From assembly GCA_963797555.1 (NCBI GenBank), contig CAWCPV010000004.1, positions 384,001 through 448,000 on the forward strand: a DNA stretch of 64,000 nucleotides. The letters run 5' to 3'. Shown piece after piece: positions 34,305 to 43,818 of the stretch (within the stretch, counting starts at the first letter, position 1; each line of letters begins with the position of its first letter). Below the pieces are notes generated by a model. The model had not been told where the DNA came from and searched no databases. It saw only the letters and a program-made list of their open reading frames with translations. A program made the translations under genes and the position numbers. This stretch comes from an uncultured Gammaproteobacteria bacterium. Lineage in GTDB: Bacteria; Pseudomonadota; Gammaproteobacteria; CAWCPV01.

Positions 34305-34631
34305 GTGCCGCGGCCCAGCATCATCGCCACACTTCCCTCCGAGCTGCGCGACGAGCTAACCCGCCGCATTGTCGCGAGTGCTTTTGCGGATATCGCCAGC
34401 CATTCGAGATGGCTTGGCGAGCGGGGCTTCCCCTGCTGCAAATCTTCAGTGGGCCGCTACTCGCTCAAGCTCAAGCGCCGGCAATTCCTCACCGGGGACG
34501 TATTGCCGGCCTTGGAGTTAGCGTTCAACACCTTGCGGAGCGCGATCGAGGTGCTTGAGGCCGGCCGCCCTCCGAAGGCCCCCGTATCTCATTCCAACGA
34601 GGAGGAGGCGTCGGTAGATGAACGGCTATGA
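34305..34631 (+). CDS. Mu Gp27-like (DUF3486) N-terminal domain protein
   Basis: MPRPSIIATLPSELRDEL...WLGERGF..KSSVGRY..KLKRR resembles the DUF3486 N-terminus; only 108 aa. Confidence 0.65.
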   Translation: MPRPSIIATLPSELRDELTRRIVASAFADIASHSRWLGERGFPCCKSSVGRYSLKLKRRQFLTGDVLPALELAFNTLRSAIEVLEAGRPPKAPVSHSNEEEASVDERL

Positions 34632-34858
34632 GCGGGCAGCAGCGCGCCACGGCGCTGGAGAGGATCTCCCGCCTGGAGGCCGAGCTAGGGTTCTTCGTCA
34701 TACACGCCAGGACGGCCGCCAAGATTCTCGAATGGATCATCCCGTGGGCGAAGATGACCGGCGTTGAGTGCCTGCATGCCTACAGTATCTTGAACCTGCC
34801 GCCCTCTATCTCGGCCTTCATCCAAACATCACCCAACGCCGCACGGCCGCACCCATGA
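34628..34858 (+). CDS. hypothetical protein
   Basis: ATGA-coupled to both neighbours in the alpA operon. Confidence 0.55.
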   Translation: MSGQQRATALERISRLEAELGFFVIHARTAAKILEWIIPWAKMTGVECLHAYSILNLPPSISAFIQTSPNAARPHP

Positions 34859-35103
34859 CCGCGCTGATCGAGGTGCGCAATAGCTCGGAACTCGTCGGCC
34901 GCTGTGACGCCTCCTGCTACGAGGCGCAGCACGCACCCTGCGAGTGCGTCTGCCGAGGCCGGAACCACGGCGCGGGCATCAAGCAGGCCACCAGCAACAT
35001 CCGCGAGCTGGCGCAAGGGTGTATCTCCGATTTGAAGGCAAGACGCCCCGAGGCCGCAAGCTTCAAGGTGCCCGATGAGATCGTTCAGCTCGCGCTGCTA
35101 TGA
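34855..35103 (+). CDS. small Cys-rich putative metal-binding phage-type protein (82 aa)
   Basis: CDASCYEAQHAPCECVCRGRNHG; ATGA overlap with the upstream gene. Confidence 0.65.
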   Translation: MTALIEVRNSSELVGRCDASCYEAQHAPCECVCRGRNHGAGIKQATSNIRELAQGCISDLKARRPEAASFKVPDEIVQLALL

Positions 35104-35112
35104 GGGGCCGCC

Positions 35113-36009
35113 ATGAAGAGCTACGCCGACCATGGGATCGAGCTGCCCGCCCATCGCGGGGGCGAGATTCGCACCTTCTGCCCGCAATGCCGGGAGCATC
35201 ACAAGGGCCGCAGCAAAACCTTGTCGGTGAACACCGATAAGGCCGCCTGGTGCTGCTTCCGATGCGGCTGGAAGGGAGGCCTTCAGGGGGGTGAGCTGCA
35301 GGGCCCGGGAGCACCGCCGCGCCCGGACGAGATCCCGGACATCAGCGCGCAGCGCCGGGAGCGGCTGCGCAAGACCTGGGCTCAGTCGCGGCCGGTGGAG
35401 GCGGGCGATCCGGTAGATCGCTACCTGCGCTCGCGTGGTCTCGCCCTGGAGGGTTGCCCCGCGGTGCTGCGCCATCATCCCGCCTTGCCCTATCACGACG
35501 ATGACGGGTACCCCTTGGGCGGCTTCCCGGCAATGCTCGCGCGGGTAGATGACCCCAAGGGGCAAGGGGTGTGCATTCATCGCACCTATCTGACCCCGGA
35601 CGGCCGCAAGGCGCCCGTCCCAACGGTGAAGAAGCTGATGAGCCCGGCAGTTCCGGGCTCGCTTGCCGGCGCCGCGATCAGGCTGATCGAGCCCCTGGAC
35701 ACCTTGCTGATTGCCGAGGGCATTGAGACGGCGCTGGCCGGCTATGTCGAGACCAGGATCCCGGCCTGGTCTGCGATCTGCGCGAACGGGCTCGAGGCTG
35801 TGATCCTGCCGCTCGGGGTGAGGCTCATCTACATCATGGCCGATCGTGACCCGAACGGCCGCGGTGAAAAGGCCGCCAAGGTGCTGGCGCGGCGCCTGCT
35901 GCTGCAAGACCGGGATGCCCGGATCGTGCTGCCGGAAGGCCCGCCGGATGTGGCAATCGACTGGGCCAACGTCCATCTCGAGCAAATGCGCGCGAGGGAT
36001 CTGTCATGA
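35113..36009 (+). CDS. zinc-finger plus Toprim primase
   Basis: CPQC...WCCFRCGWKG, YLRSRGL, IHRTYL, IAEGIETALA, IMADRD. Confidence 0.88.
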   Translation: MKSYADHGIELPAHRGGEIRTFCPQCREHHKGRSKTLSVNTDKAAWCCFRCGWKGGLQGGELQGPGAPPRPDEIPDISAQRRERLRKTWAQSRPVEAGDPVDRYLRSRGLALEGCPAVLRHHPALPYHDDDGYPLGGFPAMLARVDDPKGQGVCIHRTYLTPDGRKAPVPTVKKLMSPAVPGSLAGAAIRLIEPLDTLLIAEGIETALAGYVETRIPAWSAICANGLEAVILPLGVRLIYIMADRDPNGRGEKAAKVLARRLLLQDRDARIVLPEGPPDVAIDWANVHLEQMRARDLS

Positions 36010-37784
36010 AGACCCCGACCGACGATACCCCCAAGTTCACTTTGGCGGTATCCAACGTCGCGCCCAAGCCCTGGCAAGCCGCTGAAGTCCCTCCCGGCTG
36101 GCGTCTGGATAAGAACGGGGTGTGGTTCCTCAAGCGCGACAAGGACGGCAGCGAGGAGCCGGTTCAGGTATCCGGGCCGGTGTGGGTCATTGCCCTTGCG
36201 CGCGACGGCCGCAAACGCGATTGGGGAACAGTGGTGCAGTGGCTCGAAATGGATGGCGGGCTGCATCAGTGGGCGATGCCACGCCAACGGCTTCATGAGC
36301 AGGGACCCGGACTTGCTCAGGAGCTGGCGGCCGAGGGGCTGTTCATCATCCCCGGTCAGGAGCGGCGGCTGAACGCGTATCTCGGGCACTTCCAGCCGAA
36401 GGTCAGGTTTCAGTCCGTGCCGGTGCTCGGCTGGGCCGAAGACGCGAGCGGCCGGCTTGTCTACGTGCTACCCGCGAGCATCCTTGCCCCGGGCGAATCT
36501 ATCGAGCGGGTGGTGTTCCAGCCCGAGCGTTATTCCCCCACCCAGCACACCATGCACCCGAGCGGGCTGCTGCAGCAGTGGATCGATCAAGTGGCCACAC
36601 CCTGCCGGGGCAATCCCTTGCTCATCTTCGGCCTGTGCGTCGCCTTCACCGGGCCGCTGCTCAAGCATACGCACCTCTCGGACGGGGGTTTTCATGTCTA
36701 CGGGCTGTCGAGCCGGGGCAAGACGACGCTCGCCCAGGTGGCCGCATCGGTGTGGGGCTGTGGCGCGGACCCGTCCGAAGCCCCTTCGCTCGCTTACGTG
36801 CAGCGCTGGAATGCGACGGCAAACGCCCTCGAAGGCCTGGCCGCAGCCCATAACGACGGCATCCTGATCTTGGATGAGCTCGGCACCTGCTCGGCGGCTG
36901 ATTTCGGCCAGGTGGTCTATAACCTGGCGGGCGGGCAGGGCAAGAGCGCCTTCGATTCCAACCGCAACCTGAAGTCGCGCCGGCAGTGGCGCATCATGAT
37001 CCTGAGCACCGGCGAGGCTTCCACGCGCGCCAAGATCGAGGAGCGCGGCAAGACTTCGAGGGGCGGGCACTTGGTGCGCCTGCTCGATATCCGGGTCAGT
37101 GACGAGGTCATCTCCGATCCCCACGGCGAGGCACCGGCGCAGTTCGTGCGCTCGCTCAAGCGAACCTGCGCCACGGTCTACGGCACCGCAGGGCCGGCCT
37201 TTGTCGTGGCGCTGCTGGAACGGTTCTCGGACGTGCATGCGCTGCGAGTCTTCCTCAAGGAGCGCATGGACCAGATCGCCGAGGGCTTCATCCCGACCGA
37301 GGCATCCCAGGAGCAGGCCCGCGCCATGCAGAAGCTGGTCCAGACCCAGCTCGCCGGGCGGCTTGCGGCGGAGCTGGGCATCCTGCCCTTCGAGCCCGAG
37401 GAGATCGACGACGCGCTGCACCTGGTGCGCGATCTGTGGATGGAAGAAGGCGCCTCGCTGCCCGACGCCGAGCGCGGCATCGAGGCCGTAAAGGACTTCA
37501 TGCTGAAGCACGAGACGAGGTTCCGGGAGATGACGAGCCCGGACCCGGTGAGGGACGCGGCAGGGTTCATCGACCGCGGCCGGAGGCTGTATCTGTTCAC
37601 CCGGCAAGGGTTCAAGGAGGCATGTAACGGCCAGGATCACCGGGAGGTCGCCCGAGCGCTGGCTGACAGAAGCATGCTGTTTCGAGACGACCTCGATCGG
37701 TATGTCAGCAAGCATTGCGCCCCAGGGCATGGCAAGGACCGGCTCAGCCTGTATGCGGTCAAGATCGACCTGCTTTCGCGGTGA
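36006..37784 (+). CDS. DUF927-domain replication helicase-like ATPase
   Basis: GGFHVYGLSSRGKTT, WNATANALEGLAAAHND..LILDEL, YNLAGGQGK, LSTGE, RLLDI, YGTAG. Confidence 0.88.
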   Translation: MKTPTDDTPKFTLAVSNVAPKPWQAAEVPPGWRLDKNGVWFLKRDKDGSEEPVQVSGPVWVIALARDGRKRDWGTVVQWLEMDGGLHQWAMPRQRLHEQGPGLAQELAAEGLFIIPGQERRLNAYLGHFQPKVRFQSVPVLGWAEDASGRLVYVLPASILAPGESIERVVFQPERYSPTQHTMHPSGLLQQWIDQVATPCRGNPLLIFGLCVAFTGPLLKHTHLSDGGFHVYGLSSRGKTTLAQVAASVWGCGADPSEAPSLAYVQRWNATANALEGLAAAHNDGILILDELGTCSAADFGQVVYNLAGGQGKSAFDSNRNLKSRRQWRIMILSTGEASTRAKIEERGKTSRGGHLVRLLDIRVSDEVISDPHGEAPAQFVRSLKRTCATVYGTAGPAFVVALLERFSDVHALRVFLKERMDQIAEGFIPTEASQEQARAMQKLVQTQLAGRLAAELGILPFEPEEIDDALHLVRDLWMEEGASLPDAERGIEAVKDFMLKHETRFREMTSPDPVRDAAGFIDRGRRLYLFTRQGFKEACNGQDHREVARALADRSMLFRDDLDRYVSKHCAPGHGKDRLSLYAVKIDLLSR

Positions 37785-37812
37785 AAAAACGCTGGAATAT
37801 CGTTTTTTCCAC

Positions 37813-38105
37813 GGGACACGCGGGACAGCGGGACAAACCCCACTGAGGTAACGCTCTCGCGTGTCCCGCGGGCAAAAACCGTCACGGGACAGCGGGACAC
37901 ATCCTACTGCCGCAATGATAGCGTTGTCGCACTGGGCTCTGTCCCACTTGTCCCGCGCCCATTCCCGGTTACGGGACAGCGGCAAGCATTGTCGCTCTAC
38001 GCGCTGTCCCGCTGTCCCGCTTGTCCCGCTCCATTTTGAGAGTTTCAGCCTTTTTCACCGGACGCCCAACCTGACCAAAGCCTTTGCCGCTCTGGGCGCT
38101 GTCCC
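37813..38105. repeat. iteron array (13 GGGACA/TGTCCC copies), probable satellite replication origin
   Basis: Six GGGACA and seven TGTCCC copies, mostly as CGGGACA, directly after DUF927. Confidence 0.8.
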
Positions 38106-38122
38106 GTTTGATAGGTCAGGCT

Positions 38123-38151
38123 ACTGTAACAGTGTAGTCATGTGTTACAGT
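38123..38151. promoter_or_regulatory. perfect inverted repeat, probable operator
   Basis: ACTGTAACA-N11-TGTTACAGT, 23 nt before the KfrA-like ATG. Confidence 0.6.
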
Positions 38152-38174
38152 GAGTTACGGGAGGGAAGCCCACC

Positions 38175-38678
38175 ATGCGTAAGCAAGCGACGATGCAGAG
38201 GGTCAACGATGCGGTGGAGGCGCTGCAGGCCGAAGGCAAGGCCGTCACCTGCCGGGCCGTGCGGGAGTGGCTGGGCGGGGGGAGCCTCACGACAGTCGGG
38301 AAGGCGCTGAGGGATCTGCGGGAGCGGAAGGCTGGCCAAGCGCAGCCCGACGATCCCCTGACCGAGATTAGAGTTCGGGTCCAGGCCATCGAGGAGAGGT
38401 TGGCCACCCTCGAAGGCAGGCGCGGGACCTGCCGGCCGCCGGTCAGGCGCCCCTCCCTGGGCGCTGCGACGGCAATCTGCCCAGCGGGCTCGGGCGAGGG
38501 TATGCGAGTTGGGGGTAGGTCGGGTCAGCGCAGCGTAACCCGACGCGGGTTGTGTCGGGTTACGCCCGGGGCGGCCTTAACCCGACCTACGGGTCAGCGG
38601 GAGCACACCTTGTCCCAGACCTTATCCATCTCGCCTGGGGCCATATCGCTTTCTAGGACATGCATGCTGCCGCCCTAG
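38175..38678 (+). CDS. KfrA_N-type DNA-binding protein (C-terminus probably scrambled)
   Basis: ATMQRVNDAVEALQAEGKAVTCRAVREWLGGGSLTTVGKALR; the 3' part runs through a REP element. Confidence 0.7.
   Translation: MRKQATMQRVNDAVEALQAEGKAVTCRAVREWLGGGSLTTVGKALRDLRERKAGQAQPDDPLTEIRVRVQAIEERLATLEGRRGTCRPPVRRPSLGAATAICPAGSGEGMRVGGRSGQRSVTRRGLCRVTPGAALTRPTGQREHTLSQTLSISPGAISLSRTCMLPP
38515..38590. repeat. GTAG-type REP doublet (REPIN)
   Basis: GTAGGTCGGGTCAGCGCAGCGTAACCCGAC ... GTCGGGTTACG ... TAACCCGACCTAC, two inverted REP units. Confidence 0.8.
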
Positions 38679-38950
38679 ACGAAGCGGTTATAACCCAGGT
38701 AACCGCCGAAGCTGTTCTTAGCGTTGACCTCTCCGCACACGGCGGGCGCGCCGAGGCCACGGCCGATTCGGACGTTGCGGAACATGGCGCTGCCCGGGTC
38801 CTTGAGCGTCGCCTTGACGCGCTCCTCATTGGCGCTGATGAAGCCAACTTCATCGAACGCCTCGCCACCATCCCGAGATGGCAGGTCGCGCAGGTTGGCG
38901 AACAGAACGATGGCGAGGATAACCGCGAGAACTCCGAGAACGATTTTCAT
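38675..38950 (-). CDS. small exported/membrane-anchored hypothetical protein
   Basis: Hydrophobic N-terminus; LKDPGSAMFRNV, VCGEVNAKNSFGGYLGY motif. Confidence 0.7.
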   Translation of the reverse strand: MKIVLGVLAVILAIVLFANLRDLPSRDGGEAFDEVGFISANEERVKATLKDPGSAMFRNVRIGRGLGAPAVCGEVNAKNSFGGYLGYNRFV

Positions 38951-39050
38951 GGTCCACAAACCCTCCCACTTCCGGCGTGCCAGACGGTGGACCAGATGGC
39001 GCGCATCGGATTCGCTGATGTTGTAACGGGCCACCAGCGTGGTGGCCCAT

Positions 39051-39149
39051 ATGAGGCAATCGATCGGCCGAGCTGCGCAAGCCGGACTCACTCAGGTGGA
39101 GCTTGCGAAACGCCTCGGGCTTAAGGGCGACGGAGCCATTCGATGGTGA
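39051..39149 (+). pseudogene. XRE-type HTH remnant
   Basis: MRQSIGRAAQAGLTQVELAKRLGLKGDGAIRW*. Confidence 0.45.
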
Positions 39150-39807
39150 TCCACGGCAGAGGACGAGCCCGCCGCATCGAGGACGCGATCAGCATCACCA
39201 CAGGCATCTCGAAAGCTCGGCTCTGGCCGCAGTGGTATGGCGGGCATAACGGCGATCATAGGGCTGCCGCATGACTCCATCGCATGTTGCCAATGATGCA
39301 AGCTCCTTGCGTCAGACGCAATCGTCGGTCCAGAGATCCAGTGCCCGGGCGCTCGGCCGCGCCCGGCCGAGATCCGGCCCGGCGATCCCATGACCGAGCT
39401 TGGAGCAGAGTCAGGTCTCGAGGAGAGGCTGCTCACCCTCGAAGGCAGGCAGCCGGCCGCCGGTCAGGCGCCCATCCCTATCACCCGTGAGGCTCTGCGG
39501 GCCGCCTACCGCCGCGCCGTGGCTGACAGCGGCTTGTCAGACGTGCTGGTCTCGGACATCGCCCGCGGACTGCCCTGCGCACCGCTCGAAGGCGTCAAGG
39601 GACTGTTGCTGACGGAGTGCCGCGAAGGCCGCGCGGTGCGTTCCCTGGGTGACTGGAGCTTGTCGGGGGAAGAGACCCGGGGCCGCCGGCATCCGCATCC
39701 GCTGCTGGATGCCCGCGGGGGAAGGTCCACGAACTGCTGAAGGATCTCGCCCGAGCGATGGCTGACGAGGTGCCCCCGCCGGCTCGGGCGAGGGTATGCG
39801 AGATCCC

Positions 39808-40296
39808 TTATGGAAGCAGGCGGGCCAGCTCGTCGCGCAGGGTTTTGATACGGGTCTGAGCCACTCCTATCTGGGTAGTGTACTTGGCGGTGACGGCTGA
39901 CATCTCAGCGGCGATGCTGCCCTCCAGGGTTGCGCCGGCGAGGTTGTTCATGGCGTAGCCCTTGCGCTCGCGCAGGGCCGCCAGCTCGCGCTCCATGCGG
40001 TCTTGGTCCGCGCTGATTTCCCCTTCCAGGTTGGCAATCTCGGCCTGGATGGATCGGCGCCTGGTCTCGACGGCCAACTGTGCCTGATCGGCCTCCGCCT
40101 GCTTTACCCGCGCCTGGGCGCTCGCTGCCTCAGAGGCGCTCGGGGCCACCACATGCAGCTCCTTGCGCTCCGCGCTCGGGGCGCAGGGCCGGTCGCTGAA
40201 GACGTTCTGGCCGTTGACCACGCACTGGTAATAGCCGCCCGCCTGCGCTGTCCCGCACGCGATCACTACAGCCCCAACGACTGCTGTCCCTCTCAT
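39808..40296 (-). CDS. DUF4124-like exported protein with coiled coil
   Basis: Signal peptide ending AQA; YYQCVVNGQNVFSDRPC; RBS GGAGGAAGG. Confidence 0.8.
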   Translation of the reverse strand: MRGTAVVGAVVIACGTAQAGGYYQCVVNGQNVFSDRPCAPSAERKELHVVAPSASEAASAQARVKQAEADQAQLAVETRRRSIQAEIANLEGEISADQDRMERELAALRERKGYAMNNLAGATLEGSIAAEMSAVTAKYTTQIGVAQTRIKTLRDELARLLP

Positions 40297-40389
40297 ACCT
40301 TCCTCCTCCCATCCACACCACGCGCCCGCTGTCCAGTGCGTCCAGTGCGTCCGGCTTGATCCGCCGAACGTTCTCCATCTCCTTCACCC

Positions 40390-40530
40390 GAGTGGTTCGT
40401 TTTAGGCCATTTAGTAGGGTTTCTTGGCTTACCTGGTACCCGGCAAGGTATCAGAAAGATGGCAAAGGGCCAAGAGTGGCTGAGACGATGGAAGGGCGGG
40501 CGAGGCCATGCTTATGAATACCACCATTAG
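40390..40530 (+). pseudogene. Mu repressor/transposase-type DNA-binding domain relic
   Basis: EWFVLGHLVGFLGLPGTRQGIRKMAKGQEWLRRWKGGRGHAYEYHH*; no start codon after the in-frame TGA at 40357. Confidence 0.65.
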
Positions 40531-41074
40531 GCCGGCCATCTCCGTGGACAGGCGGACCGAGATCCGGGAGACTGGGTTGAAGGGGTGTTTGAATGGGCAA
40601 TGAACACGCCTGTAATAGGCCCCTTAGGGGTGGTTCGGGCGACCCTTCAAGAGACCGAGGCAAGCGGGATGAACCGGGATAATGCGGGATATTCCTCAAG
40701 GGGTGTGCGGCTTCGGACCCTGGTCCAGACTTCCTGGCATGTAGTGGGATACAATGACAACTCGCTGTGATAGGCTGGCGAGCCATCGGGGGCACCCCGA
40801 GCAATTTGAGGGTACTTTTGATGGTATCTCGGCCGGGCTTAGGTGAGAGATGCTTGAGGCGCAAAGGCTACAGGAGGTAGTGTGTGTTTGGCCATCACCA
40901 TACCGGTCTGGACTGCGCGCGCGCAGCCGAAAAGACTCTGGCAGTTCTCGCCAGATGTGTCGGTAGTCGCGGGTCGCCAGCTCTATCCGGCCTAACCGGA
41001 ATTCTGACTGTCGCCCTGGGAGCACGGAGCGACCAAGCCGTAAGTCCATTCCCCGCGACCAAAAGTGATCGGGG

Positions 41075-41431
41075 ATGCTAGCGAATTATCTGCCTATCCT
41101 GGTTTTCCTCGCAGTCGGGCTCGTGTTTGGTATGGTTCCCATCGGGATGGGTTATCTGCTGGGGCCGCAGCGGCCGGACGCGGAGAAGCTTTCGCCCTAC
41201 GAGTGCGGCTTCGAGGCATTCGAGGACTCGCGCATGAAATTCGACGTGCGCTACTACCTCGTGGCCATCCTCTTTATCATCTTCGATTTGGAGATCGCAT
41301 TTCTATTCCCGTGGGGCGTGGTACTGAAAGACATCGGTTGGCTCGGCTTCGTCGCCATGCTGGTGTTTCTCGGTATCCTCGTCGTCGGCTTCGTGTACGA
41401 GTGGAAGAAGGGCGCGCTCGAATGGGAATAG
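41075..41431 (+). CDS. nuoA: NADH-quinone oxidoreductase subunit A
   Basis: [20 protein letters not shown]. Confidence 0.97.
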   Translation: MLANYLPILVFLAVGLVFGMVPIGMGYLLGPQRPDAEKLSPYECGFEAFEDSRMKFDVRYYLVAILFIIFDLEIAFLFPWGVVLKDIGWLGFVAMLVFLGILVVGFVYEWKKGALEWE

Positions 41432-41898
41432 AGGGCCTGCTGCAGGAGGGCGTGGTCACCACGACTGCGGACAAGCTCATCAACTGGGCCCGCACCGGCT
41501 CCCTTTGGCCCATGACCTTCGGTCTGGCGTGCTGCGCGGTCGAGATGATGCACGCCGGCGCCTCGCGCTACGACCTGGACCGCTTCGGGGTGATGTTCCG
41601 CCCCAGTCCGCGCCAATCCGACGTGATGATCGTGGCGGGAACGCTGGTGAACAAGATGGCCCCCGCGCTTCGCAAGGTCTACGACCAGATGTCGGAGCCG
41701 CGCTGGGTGATCTCGATGGGTTCCTGTGCCAATGGCGGCGGCTACTATCATTATTCGTATGCGGTGGTGCGGGGCTGTGACCGTATCGTTCCCGTCGATG
41801 TCTACGTGCCCGGTTGCCCTCCAACCGCGGAGGCCCTCCTGTACGGCGTGATCCAACTGCAGAACAAGATCCGCCGCACTTGCACCATCGCCCGTTGA
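41422..41898 (+). CDS. nuoB: NADH-quinone oxidoreductase subunit B
   Basis: [25 protein letters not shown]. Confidence 0.97.
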   Translation: MGIEGLLQEGVVTTTADKLINWARTGSLWPMTFGLACCAVEMMHAGASRYDLDRFGVMFRPSPRQSDVMIVAGTLVNKMAPALRKVYDQMSEPRWVISMGSCANGGGYYHYSYAVVRGCDRIVPVDVYVPGCPPTAEALLYGVIQLQNKIRRTCTIAR

Positions 41899-41899
41899 C

Positions 41900-42556
41900 A
41901 TGGACGTCAACACCCTCGCGGAGCGGCTGCAACAGCGCTTCCAGGCGCAATTGACGCATAGCGGGGTCGAGCGGGGGGAGGTTACCGTAGAGGTGCCGTC
42001 GGCGGCCGTGCGCGAGGTCTGTCTCGTGCTGAGGGACGAGGAGCCGTTTGGCTTTGAGCAGCTCATGGACGTGTGCGGCGTCGACTACCTGGAGTACGGG
42101 ATGACCACGTACTCCCAGGGCGCCCAGGGTGCAGCACAACCGGCAGGTGCGGCGCGCTGGAGCGGACCTCGCTTTGCCGTCGTGTACCATCTCCTCTCGC
42201 TCAAACATAACCATCGGCTGCGGCTGCGCGCGCCCGTGGAAGGCGACCCCCCTGTGGCGGACTCCGTCACGGACATCTGGAGCTCGGCGAGCTGGTTCGA
42301 GCGCGAGGCCTTCGATCTGTTCGGCATCCTCTTCAGCGGGCATCCGGACCTGCGCCGCATCCTCACCGACTACGGCTTCGTCGGTCATCCCTTCCGCAAG
42401 GACTTCCCCCTCATCGGCAACGTCGAGGTGCGCTACGACATCGATAAGCAGCGCGTGGTCTATCAGCCGGTCAGTATCGAGCCCCGTGTGCTGGTGCCCA
42501 GAGTGATCCGCGACGACAGCCGCTATGTCGAGGGCGAGCCTGCCGACGACGCCTGA
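41900..42556 (+). CDS. nuoC: NADH-quinone oxidoreductase subunit C
   Basis: [29 protein letters not shown]. Confidence 0.96.
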   Translation: MDVNTLAERLQQRFQAQLTHSGVERGEVTVEVPSAAVREVCLVLRDEEPFGFEQLMDVCGVDYLEYGMTTYSQGAQGAAQPAGAARWSGPRFAVVYHLLSLKHNHRLRLRAPVEGDPPVADSVTDIWSSASWFEREAFDLFGILFSGHPDLRRILTDYGFVGHPFRKDFPLIGNVEVRYDIDKQRVVYQPVSIEPRVLVPRVIRDDSRYVEGEPADDA

Positions 42557-42564
42557 CAGTCATC

Positions 42565-43818
42565 ATGCCCGAGATCCGCAACTTCACCATGAACTTCGGC
42601 CCGCAGCACCCGTCCGCGCACGGTGTGCTGCGTCTCGTCCTGGAGATGGACGGCGAGGTCATCGAGCGGGCCGACCCCCATATTGGGCTGCTGCACCGCG
42701 CTACGGAGAAGCTCGCGGAGAGCAAGCCCTTCAACCACAGCATCGGTTACATGGACCGCTTGGACTACGTGTCCATGATGTGCAACGAGCACGCGTACGT
42801 GCGGGCCATCGAGAAGCTGCTCGGGATCGATGCGCCGGTCCGGGCCCAGTACATCCGCACCATGTTCGACGAGATTACGCGCATCCTGAATCACTTGCTG
42901 TGGCTGGGGGCGCACGGCCTGGACATCGGCGCCATGACCGTGTTCTTGTATTGCTTCCGGGAGCGCGAAGACCTGATGGACTGCTACGAGGCGGTCTCGG
43001 GCGCGCGCTTGCATGCGACCTACTATCGACCCGGAGGCGTGTACCGTGATCTTCCGGACGCCATGCCGAAATATCAGGTCTCCAAGTGGCACGATGCTGA
43101 TGCGGTAAGGGCACGTAACCGCAACCGCGAAGGCTCCCTGCTCGACTTCATCTGGGACTTCACCGAGCGTTTTCCGGGCTACGTCGACGACTACGAGACC
43201 TTGCTCACCGACAACCGCATCTGGAAGCAGCGTACGGTAGGCATCGGAGTGGTGTCCCCGGAACGCGCCCTGCAGTTGGGGTTTACCGGGCCGATGCTGC
43301 GCGGCTCCGGGGTGGAGTGGGACCTGCGCAAGATGCAGCCCTATGCCGTCTACGACCGGATGGATTTCGACATTCCAGTGGGAGTCAATGGCGATTGTTA
43401 CGATCGCTATCTAGTGCGCATCGAGGAGATGCGTCAGTCCAACCGCATCGTGCGCCAGTGCGTCGCATGGTTGCGGAACAACGCCGGCCCGGTCATGCTC
43501 GACGAGCCCAAGGTGGTTGCGCCGCGGCGCGAGGAGATGAAGCGCTCCATGGAGGCGCTGATCCATCACTTCAAGCTGTTTAGCGAGGGCTATTGTGTTC
43601 CGGAAGGTGAGGTGTACGCCGTCGTGGAGGCGCCGAAGGGCGAGTTCGGCGTGTATCTGATCTCCGACGGGGCCAACAAGCCCTATCGGGTCAAGATCCG
43701 CGCGCCCGGGTTCCCGCATCTGGCGGCTATGGATGAGATGTGCCGGGGTCACATGCTGGCCGACGTCGTTGCCATCATCAGCTCGCTGGACATCGTGTTC
43801 GGGGAGATCGACCGCTGA
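42565..43818 (+). CDS. nuoD: NADH-quinone oxidoreductase subunit D
   Basis: [24 protein letters not shown]. Confidence 0.98.
   Translation: MPEIRNFTMNFGPQHPSAHGVLRLVLEMDGEVIERADPHIGLLHRATEKLAESKPFNHSIGYMDRLDYVSMMCNEHAYVRAIEKLLGIDAPVRAQYIRTMFDEITRILNHLLWLGAHGLDIGAMTVFLYCFREREDLMDCYEAVSGARLHATYYRPGGVYRDLPDAMPKYQVSKWHDADAVRARNRNREGSLLDFIWDFTERFPGYVDDYETLLTDNRIWKQRTVGIGVVSPERALQLGFTGPMLRGSGVEWDLRKMQPYAVYDRMDFDIPVGVNGDCYDRYLVRIEEMRQSNRIVRQCVAWLRNNAGPVMLDEPKVVAPRREEMKRSMEALIHHFKLFSEGYCVPEGEVYAVVEAPKGEFGVYLISDGANKPYRVKIRAPGFPHLAAMDEMCRGHMLADVVAIISSLDIVFGEIDR

Larger units (their letters stand above)
28262..40902. mobile_element. P4/PICI-like phage satellite island integrated at the tRNA-Leu 3' end
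   Basis: int next to the tRNA; alpA, primase, DUF927 and iterons; matching arm-type repeats GGTACTTTTG..GATGGTATCT at 28388-28431 and 40807-40829; degenerate att GGCCATC---ACCATA at 40890-40902; interrupts the usual tRNA-Leu-nuoA adjacency. Confidence 0.85.

Noticed and set aside
28262-40902. Full prophage or conjugative element
   Set aside because: No capsid, portal, large terminase, tail, lysis, relaxase or T4SS genes.
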